DNA of 64,000 nt from Hemiscyllium ocellatum (Eukaryota). The position numbers and the translations under genes are program-made. How positions within the stretch are numbered: the first letter of the stretch is position 1; every line of letters begins with the position of its first letter. Under the pieces are notes generated by a model. That model did no database searches. It saw only the letters and a program-made list of their open reading frames with translations, and was not told where the DNA came from. Positions 1 through 13,619 of the stretch are shown one piece after another. The stretch lies in contig NC_083405.1 in assembly GCF_020745735.1 (NCBI RefSeq), positions 124,845,584 through 124,909,583 of the forward strand. The letters are read 5' to 3'.

Positions 1-330
1 GTTTTTTTTTGTATTTTGAATTTGGAATATGTAATAAATGGCAACCTTACTAGTATTGCTCATATCCTACATTTCTTTTTTTATAAGACAATATCAGTTC
101 AAATCGCCCAGTCCTCTGAGTGTCAGAGACCAGATTTGTGATCCAAGATGAATGTTGTTATGCTACGCTAGTCTGACTGACTTCCATGGGAATTGCCTGG
201 GATATTTGAAACATCTGATGGACCCATGTCTTCGACTCTGACATGTTGGATAGATTAAAATCAAATTGAGTTCTTGAATAACTGTAGTACTGACTGCCTA
301 AATACTCATACACTGGTATCCATGTCACCC

Positions 331-391
331 ACTTCCTTCATTCCTTCATTCTTTCTTCCTTCCATCCATCCATCCTTCCATCCACCCATCC
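331..391. repeat. (TTCC/TCCA)n simple repeat
   Basis: ttccttcattcc...tccatccatccatcc visible directly. Confidence 0.8.
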
Positions 392-481
392 GCTAACATT
401 TATAATGAACACTAAAATGTATATGTTTTGCACTTTGATTGGACTATGTCATTATGAATTGAATTACCTTCATTTTTTTAG

Positions 482-748
482 TTCTACCTGTACTTTTCAA
501 AGAAGAGCTTAAGAGTGTGAATGCTGAAGAGGGTAGTACAGCTTCTCTTCATTGTCTGGTCAGTAAACCCGATGCTCCAGTGAAGTGGAGGAAGGGATCT
601 CTACTACTTCACCCAAATGAAAAGTATGAAATGAACCAAAAGGGTCCATATGTTGAGCTGCTAATTCACAGCCTAAAAGAAGAAGATACTGGAGAATATA
701 CATGTGATACAGGGGTTCAGCAGACCACAGCATGCTTAAAAGTGAAGG
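482..748 (+). CDS. obscn: Ig-domain exon A (267 nt, phase 1-1)
   Basis: Acceptor ttttttta-g at 480-481, donor gtagg at 749. Reads LPVLFKEELKSVNAEEGSTASLHC...WRKG...DTGEYTCDTGVQQTTACLKVK (ORF 517..759). Confidence 0.9.
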
Positions 749-954
749 GTAGGATGTGAATCATTGCATATAATTAAAGAATAATGTGTTCTGTTATGGA
801 GTAATTTCATGGAGCTTACTATTTCAATTCTTTCTGTAAAATGTTTAATTGATAACTCCTGATGTTGTAGATGTCTCCTCGGAGCTGTAGCTTCCTCCTT
901 GTTCTCCTGTAGTATACTTGTGCATATTAACATACTATTTAGGTAGTTATATAT

Positions 955-3900
955 AGCGTCAGAGTCATGGAGTCTGACAGCACAAGACAGGGTCTTCAGC
1001 CCAAACTGGTCCATGCCGACCAAAATATCAATTAATGGTAACCCCATTTCCCTGCATTTGGCCCATATCCTTCTAAACTTTTCCAAACTGTGTATTTGTC
1101 CAAATGCCTTTTAAATGTTATAAATGTACCTGCCTTCTGCTGGCAGCTGATTCCATATGCTTAAGACCCACTGTGTAAAAATGTTGTCTTTCAGCTTCCC
1201 TTTTATTTTTGCCTCTCTAACCTTAAATTGATGCCCTCTTGTTCTCAATTCCCCAACCTAGGAAAAAGATTGAGTGCATTCACCCTATCCATGACTCTCA
1301 TGATCTCATACACTTCTATAAGATCACCTCTCTGTCTCCTATGTTCTAAAAAAAAAGTTCTAGTTTGTCCAACCTTTCCCTATAACTTAGACCATGGAGC
1401 CCTGGCAAAATCCTTGTAAATTTCTTCTGCACTCTTTCCAGCTTTATAACATCCTTCTGATAGCAAGGTGACCAATATTGAGCACAATACTCCAAGTGCA
1501 GCCTCATTAATTTCCTGTATAACTAGAACATAACTTCCCAACTTGTACACTCAATGGCCTGACTGATGAAGGCCAGTGTGCCTTCTTCACTGCCCTGTCT
1601 ACCTGTGACACCACTTTCAGGGAACTGTGCACCTGAGCTCCAAAGCCCTACAATTAACCATGAAACTCCTACCTTTACTGGGATGGATTGAGGATTGACT
1701 GTCTGACAGAAGGCAGAGAGTTGGGATAAAAGGTTCTTTTTCAGAATGGCAGCCGGTGACGAGTGGTGTCCCGCAGGGTTCAGTGTTGGGGCCACAGCTG
1801 TTCGCATTATATATTAATGATCTGGATGAAGGGACTGGGGGCAATCTAGCGAAGTTTGCAGATGATGCGAAGTTAGGTGGACAGGCAGGAAGTGGGGGGC
1901 TACAGAAGGATCTAGACAGTTTGGGAGAGTGGTCCAGGAAATGGCTGATGGAATTCAACGTGAGCAAATGCGAGGTCTTGCACTTTGGAAAAAAGAATAA
2001 AAGCATAGACTACTTTCTAAACGGTGAGAAAATTCGTAAAGCCAAAGTACAAAGGGATCTGGGAGTGCTAGTCGAGGATTCTCTAAAGGTAAACATTCAG
2101 GTTGAGTCCGTGATTAAGAAAGCGAATGCAATGTTGTCACTTATCACAAGAGGGTTGGAATATAAAAGCACCGTTGTGCTACTGAGACTTTATAAAGCTC
2201 TGGTTAGGCCTCATTTGGAGTACTGTGTCCAGTTTTGGTCCCCACACCTCAGGAAGGACATACTGGCACTGGAACGTGTCCAGCAGAGATTCACACGGAT
2301 GATCCCTGGAATGGTAGGTCTAACATATGAGGAACGGCTGAGGAACCTTGGATTGTATTCATTGGAGTTTAGAAGATTAAGGGGAGACTTAATAGAGACG
2401 TACAAGATAATACATGGCTTGGAAAGGGTGGACGCTAGGAAATTGTTTCCATTAGTCGAGGAGACTAGGACCCGTGGACACAGCCTTAGAATTAGAGTGG
2501 GTAAATTCAGAACAGAAATGCGGAGACATTTCTTCAGCCAGAGAGTGGTAAGCCTGTGGAATTCATTGCCGCAGAGTGCAGTGGAGGCCGGGACGCTAAA
2601 TGTCTTCAAGGCAGAGATTAATAGATTCTTGTTGTCTCGAGGAATTAAGGGCCACGGGGAGAACGCTGGTAAGTGGAGTTGAAATGCCCATCAGCCATGA
2701 TTGAATGGCGGAGTGGACTCGATGGGCCGAATGGCCTTACTTCCACTCCTATGTCTTATGGTCTTATGGTCTTTACTTAAAGTTCCAAAACGCAATACCT
2801 CACACTTATCTATGAGAAACTCCATTCAGTATTTCTTGGCCCACTTTCCTAGCTGATCAAGGTCCTGCTGCTGCAGCAATTTGTGATGACCTTTCTCACT
2901 GTTCATGATACCATCTACTTTAGTGTCACCTGCAAACTTTCTAATCATGCTTCATGCATTTTCATCCAAATCATTGATATTTTTATCAAACAGCAATGGG
3001 CCCAGCACCGATCCCTGAGGCACACCACTAGACACAAGCCTCCAGTCCAACAAGCATCCTTCCACTAATTATCCTCTGCTTCCTACCATCAAGTCAATTA
3101 TGTATCTAATTTGCCATATCCCCTTGGTTTCCATGCAATCTAACCCTCCTGAGCAGCTTACCATTTGGAACCTCATATGGATTTCAGTAAGACCTTTGAT
3201 AGACTATGTCTACCCTCACCAATCTTTCTGGTGACTTTATCAAAGAGCTCCAACAAATGAGAGGCATGATCTCCCATGTAAAAAAACATGCTGACTACTC
3301 CTAATCAAATCCTGTCTTTCTAAATGCATGTCTATCTTGTCTCTGTCTTCTCAAATAGCTTAGCTACCGCAGATGTTAGGCTTACTGGTCTATAATTCCC
3401 AGGTTTTTCTTTTCAGCCATTTTGAATAAGGGCAGTCTTCTGGGATCTCACCCATGGCTAACAACACTGCAACAATATCAGCCAGGGCCCCAGCAATTTC
3501 TTATATGGCATCTTGCAATGTTCTTCAATACATTGAGTCTGGACAAGGAGATTTATCCTCCTTCTTACATTCTAATACGCCCAACACTACCTCTACGTTG
3601 ATATGAACCGTCCCCAAGATATGAAATGTCCTTACTAACTTTCCCAAGTCGTCATGTCTTTCTCCACAGTAAACACAGGAGAGATGTTCACTAAGGACCT
3701 TGCCCATCTCCTGCAAATCTATACATACATGTCCACTATGGTCTTTGAGGGGTCCTATTCTCTCTCATTATTCTTTTCCTTGAAATACTTAAAGAACCTC
3801 TTTGGATTCATCTTAATCTGCTCATCCAAAGCTATCTAGTGCCCTCTTTTCACCCTGCAGATTTCCTTCTTCAGTAAACTCCTGTATCCCTTTAATACGT

Positions 3901-4480
3901 TCACAGATTCCCTTGATCCCTGCTGCCTCTCCTTTTTTTCTGGTCAAAGCCTCAATATCTCTTGTCATCCAGAGTTCTTTATTTCTGCCAACTTTGTCCT
4001 TTACCCTCACAGGAACATCTAGATGTTGAATTCTACCTCACTTTTAAAAGCCTCCCATTTGCCGGAGGTACTTTTGTCTGCAAACAAACTACTCCAACCA
4101 ATCCCTGCAAGCTCCTGTCTAATTCCATCAAAATTCACCTTGCCCCAATTTAGAACTTGAACCTGTGAACCAGTTTTATTCCTCTCCAAACTATTTTAAA
4201 ATTAGTAGAACTATGGTCACTTGTCCCAAAATGCTCCCCCACTCTCACCTCAGTTTCCCGTCCCGCCCTATTTCCCAAGAATAGGTTGAGTTTTGCCCCT
4301 TCCCAAGTGGCACCCTTTATATACTGTTTGAGGAAACTTTCCTGAACGGATTTAACAGATTCCACCCTGTCTAAGCTGTTAACGCTATGACAGTCCCAGT
4401 TTATGTTAGGAAAACTAAAATCCCCTACTATGACAACCCTATTGCTCTTTCAAGTCTCCCTAGTCTCCCTTTGACTATTT
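955..4480 (-). mobile_element. Decayed CR1 LINE (3' end near 955, RT and endonuclease remnants further right), interrupted by a younger CR1 at 1680-2770
   Basis: Reverse complement resembles the CR1 ORF2 C-terminus and 3' UTR; the host sequence resumes at 2778. Confidence 0.75.
1680..2770 (+). mobile_element. Young 5'-truncated CR1 LINE with open RT C-terminal ORF (1756..2682)
   Basis: Motifs [35 protein letters not shown]. Tail (tcttatgg)n. Probable 7-bp TSD ctttact at 1673-1679 and 2771-2777. Confidence 0.9.
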
Positions 4481-4600
4481 GACAAACAGTTCATATTTTG
4501 CAGTTAAATTTCACATCTCCTGCAGGCTTACTCTCCTTTGCTGCCTCTGTGCTGATACATTAAGAGGCAACAGTTGAATGAAATAAGACTAAAAAATAAT

Positions 4601-4941
4601 GGAAAGTGGCTCAGTGGTTAGCACTGCTGCCTTACAGCACCAGGGACCCGGGTTCAATTCCAGCCTCGGATGACTGTCTGGGGGGAGTTTGCACATACTC
4701 CCTGTGTCTGTGCAGGTTTCCTCCGGGTGCTCCGACTTCTTTCCATAAGCACAAAAATATGCAGGTCAGACAAATTGGCAATGCTAAATTGTCCACAGTG
4801 TTCAGGGATGTGCAAGTTAGGTGCGTTAGTCAGGGGTTAAATGTAGGGGAATGGGTCTGGGTGGGTTACTCTTCGGATGGTTGGTGTGGACTTGTTGGGC
4901 TGAAAAGGCCTGTTTCTACATTGTAGGGATTCTATGATCTA
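4601..4941 (+). mobile_element. HE1-type (V-SINE) tRNA-derived SINE
   Basis: A box tggctcagtgg, B box ggttcaattcc, V-domain-like tttcctccgggtgctccg, CR1-like tail. Confidence 0.8.
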
Positions 4942-5049
4942 CGGTGGCGTTACCTGGGACATTCCTGTCATAAAAGATAGTTTAGTTACCTGATAATAGA
5001 CAAATAATATTCAAACTTGTCTTAGTGTGTCTTACCTGTCAGTGTTCAA

Positions 5050-5780
5050 GGTTTGCGTAAAGATTTGGAGCTTGGGGTATGTTGTGGGTATGTTCGCTGA
5101 GCTGGGAAATTGATTCGCAGACGTTATGTCCCCTGTCTTAGGTGACATCTTCAGTGCTTTGGAGCCTCTTGTGAAGTGCTGCTGCACTGTGACTTCTGGA
5201 ATTTATTTTGTTCCGTTCCTGCTGCTTCCACTTGCTGGTTCCGGTAGTTTGTTGTAGTGGCTGGTATGTTGGGTCCAGGTCTATGTTTAAAAGACCCTAT
5301 ACCCATCATGTGCAAGACTAACATAATTTACAAGATTCCATACAAGGACTTCACACAAAAAACATTAAATACATGACAAATAGACAGCTGGCATCCGCAT
5401 CCACAAGCACCAACTAGCGACTAAATGCCATGACCCGCTGTCTCAAGTAACCAGATAAAGAGATGACAAGGACCACAAATTTGACTGGACAACACAACTA
5501 CCGTAGGACAAGCTAAACATACGGCAGCCAGAGAATTTCTAGAAGGCACTCATCCACAGACTCCATCAACAAAATACTTAGACCTAAACCCAATATACTG
5601 GCCACTGCAGCAAGCTACCGGAATCGACAACCGGAAGCAGCAGGAACAGAGCCAAGTAAATTCCAGAAGACAGTACAGCAGCGCTTCACAGGAGGCTTCA
5701 AAGATGTCACTGAAGATGTCACCTTAACAGGGGACAAAATGTCTGCAAACAACCCAGCTTGGCGAATATTCCCACAACCA
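5050..5780. mobile_element. Decayed Penelope-like fold-back insertion (inverted 3' piece 5050-5285, forward GIY-YIG remnant to 5780)
   Basis: Homologous to the 39.3-40.6 kb element, with degenerate hammerhead cores in both arms. Decayed 13-bp TSD tgtcagtgttcaa (5037-5049) / tgacagtattcaa (5781-5793). Confidence 0.7.
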
Positions 5781-6562
5781 TGACAGTATTCAAACTACTA
5801 GAAAGCATTATTTTCTGTGTGCTCAAATGGGCTTATGTTTGAATATCTTGTGTTATAACTGAAGTTACAGAATGCATGGTTAATCTGTACTCACGCCACT
5901 GCACGGGGTACAAATAATTTACCCATTATTGATATGGTCAATCGAATACTTTGCTGATGCAGTTCATTCAGAGGTTTTTCAGGACAACTTGTAGATCAGT
6001 TTTTGAAGTCTTAGATTGATCTCTAAAATATTACCTCAAAGACAGAGAATGAACTGTGTAGCTTTTTACTTTCAGTAAGGTCAATACCTCAACTGAAGTC
6101 TTAACAAGATCCATGCAAAAGTTAAGTAAAGCCAGGCAGGTGATTTCCAGTAAATAAGCCTAAACAATTACCATATTACTTATAATTACCAATTATCTTT
6201 AAACATATACCCTTTTTAAAGTGTCTAGGTATAACTTCAGCACTCCACTTTCTACAATCCTTTAAATAAGAGTGCTCAAAAAAAATTAGTAATTAAGCAT
6301 CTTCATAAGACAAGCGGCTCATTTAAGACCGGGTGGACTTCACTGAACCACAGCAGTATAAATAACTTTATGAAAGCAAATTACTGTGGATGCTGGAAAT
6401 CTGAAACAAACAGTTCAAGTTTTCTATGACCCTTCTTTAGAACTCAATGAATAATTTATGACTAACTTTATGTTTTCTTTGATTTTTAATGTGCTTGGAA
6501 AGAACTTGACTTGCTATATAGTAATTTACATTTCCAGACAAAATTAATTATTGTCTCCTTAG

Positions 6563-6829
6563 TTGCTCCTATACTTTTCAAACAAGAGCTTCAGAATGAA
6601 GAAGCTGAAGAGGGAAGTACTGCCATACTACACTGTGAGGTTACTAAACCTAATGCCTCAGTGAAATGGAGGAAAGGATCCAAGATAATTCATCAAAGTG
6701 AGAAGTATGAATTAAGACAAACAGGTTCTTGCCTTGAGTTACTTATTCATAACCTAAAGCTAGAAGATTCTGGTGAATATACTTGTGATTCTGGCGATCA
6801 ACTGACCACAGCCTCCTTAAAAGTGAATG
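6563..6829 (+). CDS. obscn: Ig-domain exon B (267 nt, phase 1-1)
   Basis: Acceptor ttgtctccttag ends 6562, donor gtagg at 6830. Reads APILFKQELQNEEAEEG...LHCEVTKPNASVKWRKG...DSGEYTCDSGDQLTTASLKVN. Confidence 0.9.
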
Positions 6830-7309
6830 GTAGGACAATAGTCATTCATTACTGTCATATAATTGTTGTTTATTTAACTCTTCCTTATGAAGAGATCAGT
6901 TTTTTTGCTTAGTTATAATTCATCATCTGCATTTCTCTTTTGAGTTGTAGTTTAATCTTTGTTACATAATGTGGGGATACATACTATAAATCTAATCAGT
7001 ATTCTGGATTTCTGTTATAAGAATTTGTGACATTAGTATGAGATATTAATAAAACATTCAAAAATAACTTGAAAAATATTCTTAAATGTTGCAGAAAATA
7101 GCTAAATAGAAATGAGAAGTCCATGATTGAAATTCACCACATTAGGAATAAATTAAAAGTGATTAAATCTGTTTTTACAAAATTCTGTCATCCTACAAAT
7201 TACTCATTTTAAATAAAATATTGGATCAGAGTTTGCTGAATTAAAACCAGCAGTCAAATGGTGCAAACATTACTAATGTGCAAATCTACTAGCAATTTTT
7301 TGGCAAGAA

Positions 7310-7735
7310 AGCTATCCTGAAAAAAAAATGAAATTGTTGCAAAAGCTAAGCAGGTCTGGCAACATCTGTGGAGAGAAATCAGAGTTGACATTTCAAGTTG
7401 AGTGATCCTTCTTCAGAACTGATGGTAACGAGAAAATGTTGGTACATATGCAGAAGATTGGATGGGGGAAAGTGGTAAAGAGTAAATGATCGGTGGGGAT
7501 AGATCTCAAACAGAGAGAAGAACAGTTGGATAGACAAAGGAGTGGATAACATTCTGGCTAGGAAGCTGAATAGCTATTACTTGGGACTGTTAGTAGCTGA
7601 CAGTGGGTTGTGTGTGATGGCAGACTATGCGATAATAAGGCCTGGTGTGTAGGGATTGGGGTAAGGACATGGAGAGCTCAATTCCTGAAGTTGCTGAAGT
7701 CAGTATTAAGTCCAGAAGGCTGCAGGGTCTCTGAA
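7310..7735 (-). mobile_element. Old Penelope-like 3' fragment
   Basis: Minus strand encodes a TLQPSGLN-like GIY-YIG C-terminus; degenerate core ctgaaga...gaaatgtc near 7400-7435. Confidence 0.55.
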
Positions 7736-8039
7736 ATAACTGCACAGGGGCCAGGTTCCATCACCAAGGCGCCGTTTATTTACTAGTGCACAGTACGCTG
7801 GCTGTAAGCAGCCAGCTCGGAGTCAGTCCCAACTGAGAAAATTCTAATCTCCAGGTTATAGTTTTTTTTAAAAAAACCCACACGACTATCTAACAGCAGT
7901 AGTGCTTATTAATTCCCCAGCACCCATGTGTGTGCTCAGGTGTATTTACAGTGAAGAGCAAAGAGTGCAGAAATCTTTAATTATATTCCACTTAAAGTGT
8001 GATGCTGGAAAAGCACAGCAGGTGCTTTATGTTCCACCG

Positions 8040-8310
8040 AGGAGAAAGTGAGGTCTGCAGATGCTGGAGATCAGAGCTGAAAACGTGCTGCTGGAAAAGC
8101 GCAGCAGGTCAGGCAGCATCCAAGGAACAGGAAATTCGACGTTTCAGGCATAAGCCCTTCTTCAATTGGGAAAATACATTTTCTTGATGAAGGGCTTTTG
8201 CCCAAAATGTCGATTCTCCTGCTCCTCAGATGCTGCCTGACTCGCTGTGCTTTTCCAGCACTACACTTTCTACCCCGATGTTCAGCATCTGCAGTCCTCA
8301 TTTTCACTAG
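8040..8310. mobile_element. Penelope-derived fold-back element, family 1
   Basis: aaagtgaggtctgcagatgctgga...cagcatctgcagtcctcatttt inverted ends, with two opposed degenerate hammerhead cores at about 8125-8165 (-) and 8180-8215 (+). Confidence 0.75.
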
Positions 8311-8684
8311 TGAGGAGCAGTAACAAAGGGCAGTGCTGAGTGACCTCCTAGTTATATTTTTGTTTTTTTGAAAAGGAATACCAGTTAACAAGCTGGCTAC
8401 ATAATTCAGCCAGATCAGGAATCTGGTTCCCAAAAAAAGCAGAAATCAACAGCAGCATTAACACTGACAGTGGCCCAGCAGCACAGAGTCAGTCCGCTCT
8501 CCTTCGATCTGGTTGGCCTTCCAGTCTCCGGTTGTCCTGCTACTGACTGACACTCCCCAGCTCACTTTCCTCCTGATCACCCCATGTACTCACCAAACCA
8601 CCCTCAACCTGCTTTCCTACAGTCGGGCTGTCGGCCTTCCAGCACCTGGCCGCCCCATGTACTAACTGACCCATTCTCCACGGC

Positions 8685-8925
8685 AAAAGTGAGGACTGCA
8701 GATGCTGGAGATCAGAGTCTAGATTAGAGTGGCACTGGAAAAGCACAGCAGGTCAGGCAGCATCCGAGGAGCAGGAAAATCGATGTTTCGGGCAAAAGCC
8801 CTTCATCAGGAATGAGGCAGGAGCCTCTAGGGTGGAGATATAAATGGGAGTTGGGTGGGAGTGGGGAGAAGGTAGTCAAGAGTACAATGGGTGGATGGAG
8901 GTGGGGATGAATGTGATAGATCGGC
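8685..8925 (-). mobile_element. Penelope-like 3' end (pLTR) with hammerhead motif at 8778-8813
   Basis: Minus strand ATTC CTGATGA A GGGC tttt GCCC GAAAC ATC GATT, preceded by a pyrimidine-rich pLTR tract; inverted relative to 9340-9710. Confidence 0.75.
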
Positions 8926-9339
8926 GAGTCTGTTTTGTGGTTGAAAGGTTTCAAGACAGAGAAGATGATCGGGGGGTTGCAGTGAGAGAGAGACTCACTG
9001 AAATCCTTGTAGAGAGTGGAGGAGAACTTCTTCAAGGTAGGCATCCTTGCAACCTGGCCAGTATTCCTACGGACCAGCCATCAGCTGTCCGGCTCCCAGC
9101 TCCCTGTATACTGACCAGTCCTACCTTGGTCGTGCTTCCGGGGGTGGGGAAATCCCTCATGCTTAGCCTCCCCACATGCCAATCGGTCTGCCCTATACCG
9201 GCTTTCCTGTGAGGACGCTCTGTTGCCTGGCCCTGCTCACCCCACGTACTGACAGGCTTCTCCTAGCCCACTCCCTCCCGGCCGGTCATCAACCCTCCAA
9301 CCCCCAGCCAACATGAAACTGGCTGCTATCCCTTGGCCA

Positions 9340-9710
9340 GCTTTCCAATGTGAATACTGTCAGCTGCCTAGCCACCCTGCATAGTAACTTCCAGCTCAAC
9401 TCTGTCCCCATGACTTGTTCTACCTCTCTATCTTCTTTTTCACCTATCCACTCCACCCTCCTCCCTGACCTATCACCTTCATTCCCTCCCCCACTCACCT
9501 ATTGTACTCCATGCTACTTTCTCCCCACCCCCACCCTCCTCTAACTTATCTCTCCACGCTTCAGGCTTTCTGCCTTTATTCCTGATGAAGGGCTTTTGCC
9601 CGAAACATCGATTTTGGTGCTCCTCAGATGCTGCCTAAACTGCTGTGCTCTTCCAGCACCACTAATCCAAAATCTGATTTCCAGCATCTGCAGTCATTGT
9701 TTTTACCTAG
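9340..9710 (+). mobile_element. Penelope-like 3' end (pLTR) with hammerhead motif at 9578-9613
   Basis: ATTC CTGATGA A GGGC tttt GCCC GAAAC ATC GATT, followed by the family-1 3' terminus. Confidence 0.75.
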
Positions 9711-9932
9711 TCTCCATAGAGGCCTGGCCCTTCCAGGGAGAACCAGGCCCACTCTCAGGAACACAGTACATTGTGAAGCTGCAGTTAACTCACAGGGGTT
9801 TGGTCCACTCCCGAAGGCAGAGTCCACACCACACACATAGGTGTTCAGTCTTCAGAGGCCTGGTCCATCCAAAGGACCAAGCTCACTCACAGGAACACAG
9901 TACAATGTAAAGATGCAGTTAAATGTGCTGTG

Positions 9933-10242
9933 AGCAGAATGGTGGGATAGTGATTAGCACTGCTGCCTCATAGCATCAGGGCCTCGGGTTCAATTCCCAC
10001 CTTGGGTCACCGTCTGTGTGGAGTTTGCACAGTGTCTGCGTGGGTTTCCTCCGGGTGCTTCGGTTTCCTTCCAGAGTCCAAAGATGTGTAGGTCAGGTGA
10101 ATTGACCATACTAAATTGCCTACAGTGTTAGGTGCATTAGTCAAAGGAAAATAGGTCTGTGTGGGTTACTCTTCACAGGGTCAGTGTGGACTTGTTAGGC
10201 CAAATGGCCTGTTCCCAATACAGTAGGGAAGCTAATCTAATC
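9933..10242 (+). mobile_element. HE1-type SINE
   Basis: B box ggttcaattcc, V-domain-like gtgggtttcctccgggtg, ctaatctaatct tail. Confidence 0.8.
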
Positions 10243-10375
10243 TTTACAAAAAAACTCACAGAGACTTTGTCCACTCCAGGATGCAGCGATTGCTTACCTT
10301 CCAGCATACACACAGGTTTTCATTCTTTACAGAGACCCACAGTCACCCACAAAGGGCCAGGCCTACCCATAGAGG

Positions 10376-10471
10376 CAAGATTTGAGTGGTGCTGGAAAAG
10401 TACAGCAGGTCAGGCAGCACCCAAGGAGCAGGAAAATCAACATTTTGGGCAGGAGTCCTTTATCACTTTCA
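10376..10471 (-). mobile_element. Short family-1 Penelope-derived piece with 14-bp TSD
   Basis: cctacccatagagg at 10362-10375 and 10472-10485. Confidence 0.7.
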
Positions 10472-11629
10472 CCTACCCATAGAGGGCCAGCTCAACTGGA
10501 AAGATGTATTTTCTCACAAGAGCTCAGTCCAAACACCAAAAAAGTGAAAACACATTCCAAATAAAACAAACAGCCAGAGTGCAAGGGCTAAGCCTGGCAC
10601 AAAAACATAGTCCTTTTCTCAAAAGGAAAAAGAAGAGAGTAACACACAGGCTGTAACCAGCCATTGAAACAACAGTTCTTTAATAAGAAACATATCTGAA
10701 ACACATTAACTGTGTAGATCAGGCAGTTTTAAAATCAGTCCTCAATAAAAAGGAATACCAGTTAACAAACTGGCTAAATAATTCAGCCAGTTCAGGAATT
10801 AGGATTCCCGTTTCCCCCCCTAAAAAAAATCAGAAAGCAGCAGTAACACACTGACTGTGGCCTAGCCAGCACAGTCAGTCCCCCAAATTAAGGAGTTTCT
10901 GAGGAGTTTCTAAATCTCCTGCTTATTTTTTTCTTTCTTCCCTAACCTCTAAGTTATATTTTTTCTCCTGTTAACTATTATTTTATTAAACAGTGCACAG
11001 TTTGCAAAACAATTAACATTAACAGCTGTATACAGAGAAACAGCAATTTTACAAGGGAGGGGAATGGCAAAGCCAGGCCCCAAACTCTACCATTCAGCCA
11101 GTTTTCAGAGAAATGAGGACAAACCTCAAATCCCAGTTTCAATCATTATAAATGAGTAACAATGAAATTTATACTAAAGACAGTCCAATTACATATAAAA
11201 AAAAGTGTATACAGTACACACGCCCGGCAATCCACCCATCCCTCCCACCTTCTGGCCACTGAGGCAGACGCCCTTACGCCGCTTCTGGCTCTCGGTCCAC
11301 CCTGACACACTTTCCAACCACCTCTAGGTCAGCCCGTCCTGCTTCACCTCCCTCCCCCCCACAACCGAGGACGACAGCAGTCAAGACAGCCTACCCACCT
11401 TCCGGCTTCCCTAACCGCTCTTTGCGCCTTCCGGCCACCTTTAGGACAGCCCGCTGTGGTACCTGCGGGAGGTGACAGCGCTGAGGACAGCCTACCTACC
11501 TTCCAGCTCTTGGTCTGTTGCTACGTACCATTGGGCTCTTGCCCACCCCAATGCGCTATCTGGCCTGTGGACCCAGGTTAACAATCCCAATCATGAACCT
11601 CATAGTTAACAAGGTTCTCCTGCTTCCAA

Positions 11630-12350
11630 TCACTCCGGTCCCAAGCAGAAAGTGAGGTGCTGTGCTTTCTCTTGCACTGAGCTTTGCTGGAGCAAGCCTG
11701 AGATAGAAATGTCAGTCAGGGAAACAGGGTTGTGTGTTAACATGGCAAGCTTCGGGTCTTTTTTGCCAACAGAATTGAGGTGTTCTGCGAAGTGGTCACT
11801 TCGTTAACACCCAGTCCACTTCAACACCACCCTGTTCCTCGGCTAACATCTCTGACTCAGGCTTGCTGCAGTATTTCAGTGAAGCTCAGTGCAAGCTGGA
11901 AGAACAGCATCTCGTTTTCCACTTGGGGACCTTGCAGCCTTCTGGCCTCAATATTGAGTTCAACAACTTCAGAGCTTGAGCTCTCCCATGTCCTGACCCC
12001 AATCCCCACACATCAGTCTTTATTATTACATTGTCTGCCATTACACCCAACCCATTGTTAGCCACTAACAGTCCCCAGCTATTCACCCTCCGAGCGACAT
12101 TGTTATCTAATTGTTCTTTCTGTTTGGGCTGTATCCCCACCTATCATTTACTCTTTATCCCTTGCCTCCACCTGATCTTCTGCATATAAACCAACATTCT
12201 CCAAGCTACTATCAGTTTTGAGGAAGGATTGGTCAACCCAAAATGTCATCTCTGATTTGTCTTCACAGATGCTGCCAGATCTGCTGAGCTTTTCCAGTAA
12301 TTTCTGTTTTAGTTTCAGACTTACAGCATTGCAGTTCTTTCAATTTTTTT
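11630..12350. mobile_element. Old Penelope-like inverted pair (about 11630-11760 minus, 11800-12350 plus)
   Basis: Plus strand reads KLEEQHLVFHLGTLQPSGLNIEFNNF; the minus piece reads a similar ISGLLQ...QHLTFCLG. Confidence 0.6.
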
Positions 12351-13619
12351 ATTTAGGTAAGCTACCCTTGTGAATTGGGAAAATAAATATGACAAATTAT
12401 TGATTAGATAATTTCAAATTACAATTTTGAAAGTTTAAGTAGTTTTAGATTAAGAAAATACTTAGGATTACACTGGATATTGGTCCAGCTCTGGGGAAAG
12501 TATGAATATAGCTTGTAACAAAGCTTAACTTCAATAGTGAGGACTAGAGTTAAAATGGCCTATTTTAAAGCATTTTGGGAAATGAAATGGGGGGACAAAG
12601 GAAGCTTCAGAAAAGCATTGATCATGATTTTGCTAAACCAAAGAAGAAGATGAAGGATTGAGTTGAAGAGACAAAAGCTGTGTGTCCAAGCATACACTGG
12701 AAGTGCTGTTACCTTTCACAAGATATGGAACTATTCAAATTTTGGCACTTTTAAAATTATGAAGATTTGAGTCTCATGTTCTTTGACAGCAGTTAATAAT
12801 ATATGAGAAATTGGTTGTCTGTTATAGTGAGGCAGTAATCTAATTTAAAGGTTTGAGGCCTATAGGCATATTAAAGGAATTACCAAGAAGAATGGTCTAA
12901 CTTGCTTCATCCACAACTCGTTTATAAGGGAGGTAAAGAAATGGCAGCTAATTTTGGGGGAGAAAAAACTTTTGTCAGGTATCCTAAGATGTGAATAGTT
13001 AGACACAGGATTTGGGGAGGTGGAAGAAACATCACAATGAAAATTCAAACTTGATTTAAAGAAATAGATAAACTCCTTTTGAATTGAGAGGAAAACAACA
13101 ACAACTTAGATTTATATGGCACCTTCAACTTAATACACGAAGTGCATTATAAAACAAAAGGGTTTAATGAGAATATGAACTGAAAATTGCCTTTTAGATT
13201 TTAATTATCATGATCTTGAGTATCACATCACTGCTAAGAGTTATTGCTTCTCTTCAGTTGTCATGAGAAAGTGATCCTGAAACTTTGAGTTTACCTTGCA
13301 AGATAGGTAGATACTTTTGATTGTGGAGAACAAAGAATTGTAATGGTTGTTTGTAATGAAGCCCAATTTAAAATTAATCAGCATAAATGTCCATCTGTGT
13401 TGCGCTTTGGTTTGAGGAAGCGAAATGGAAATTATAGCAGGAACAAGTTCTAACAGTTGCAATTTTAACTGTCTTTACCCAAACATATTGATCACAGAGC
13501 AAGTTTGCCTATTAATTTCAGAGTCCCACCAATTTGCACTTTACGGTTGATTTCATGGGCAGATCATCAAGGGGTCATTCAGTAGCTAACACCACTTCAA
13601 GCTAGCTTGCACACTTTAA

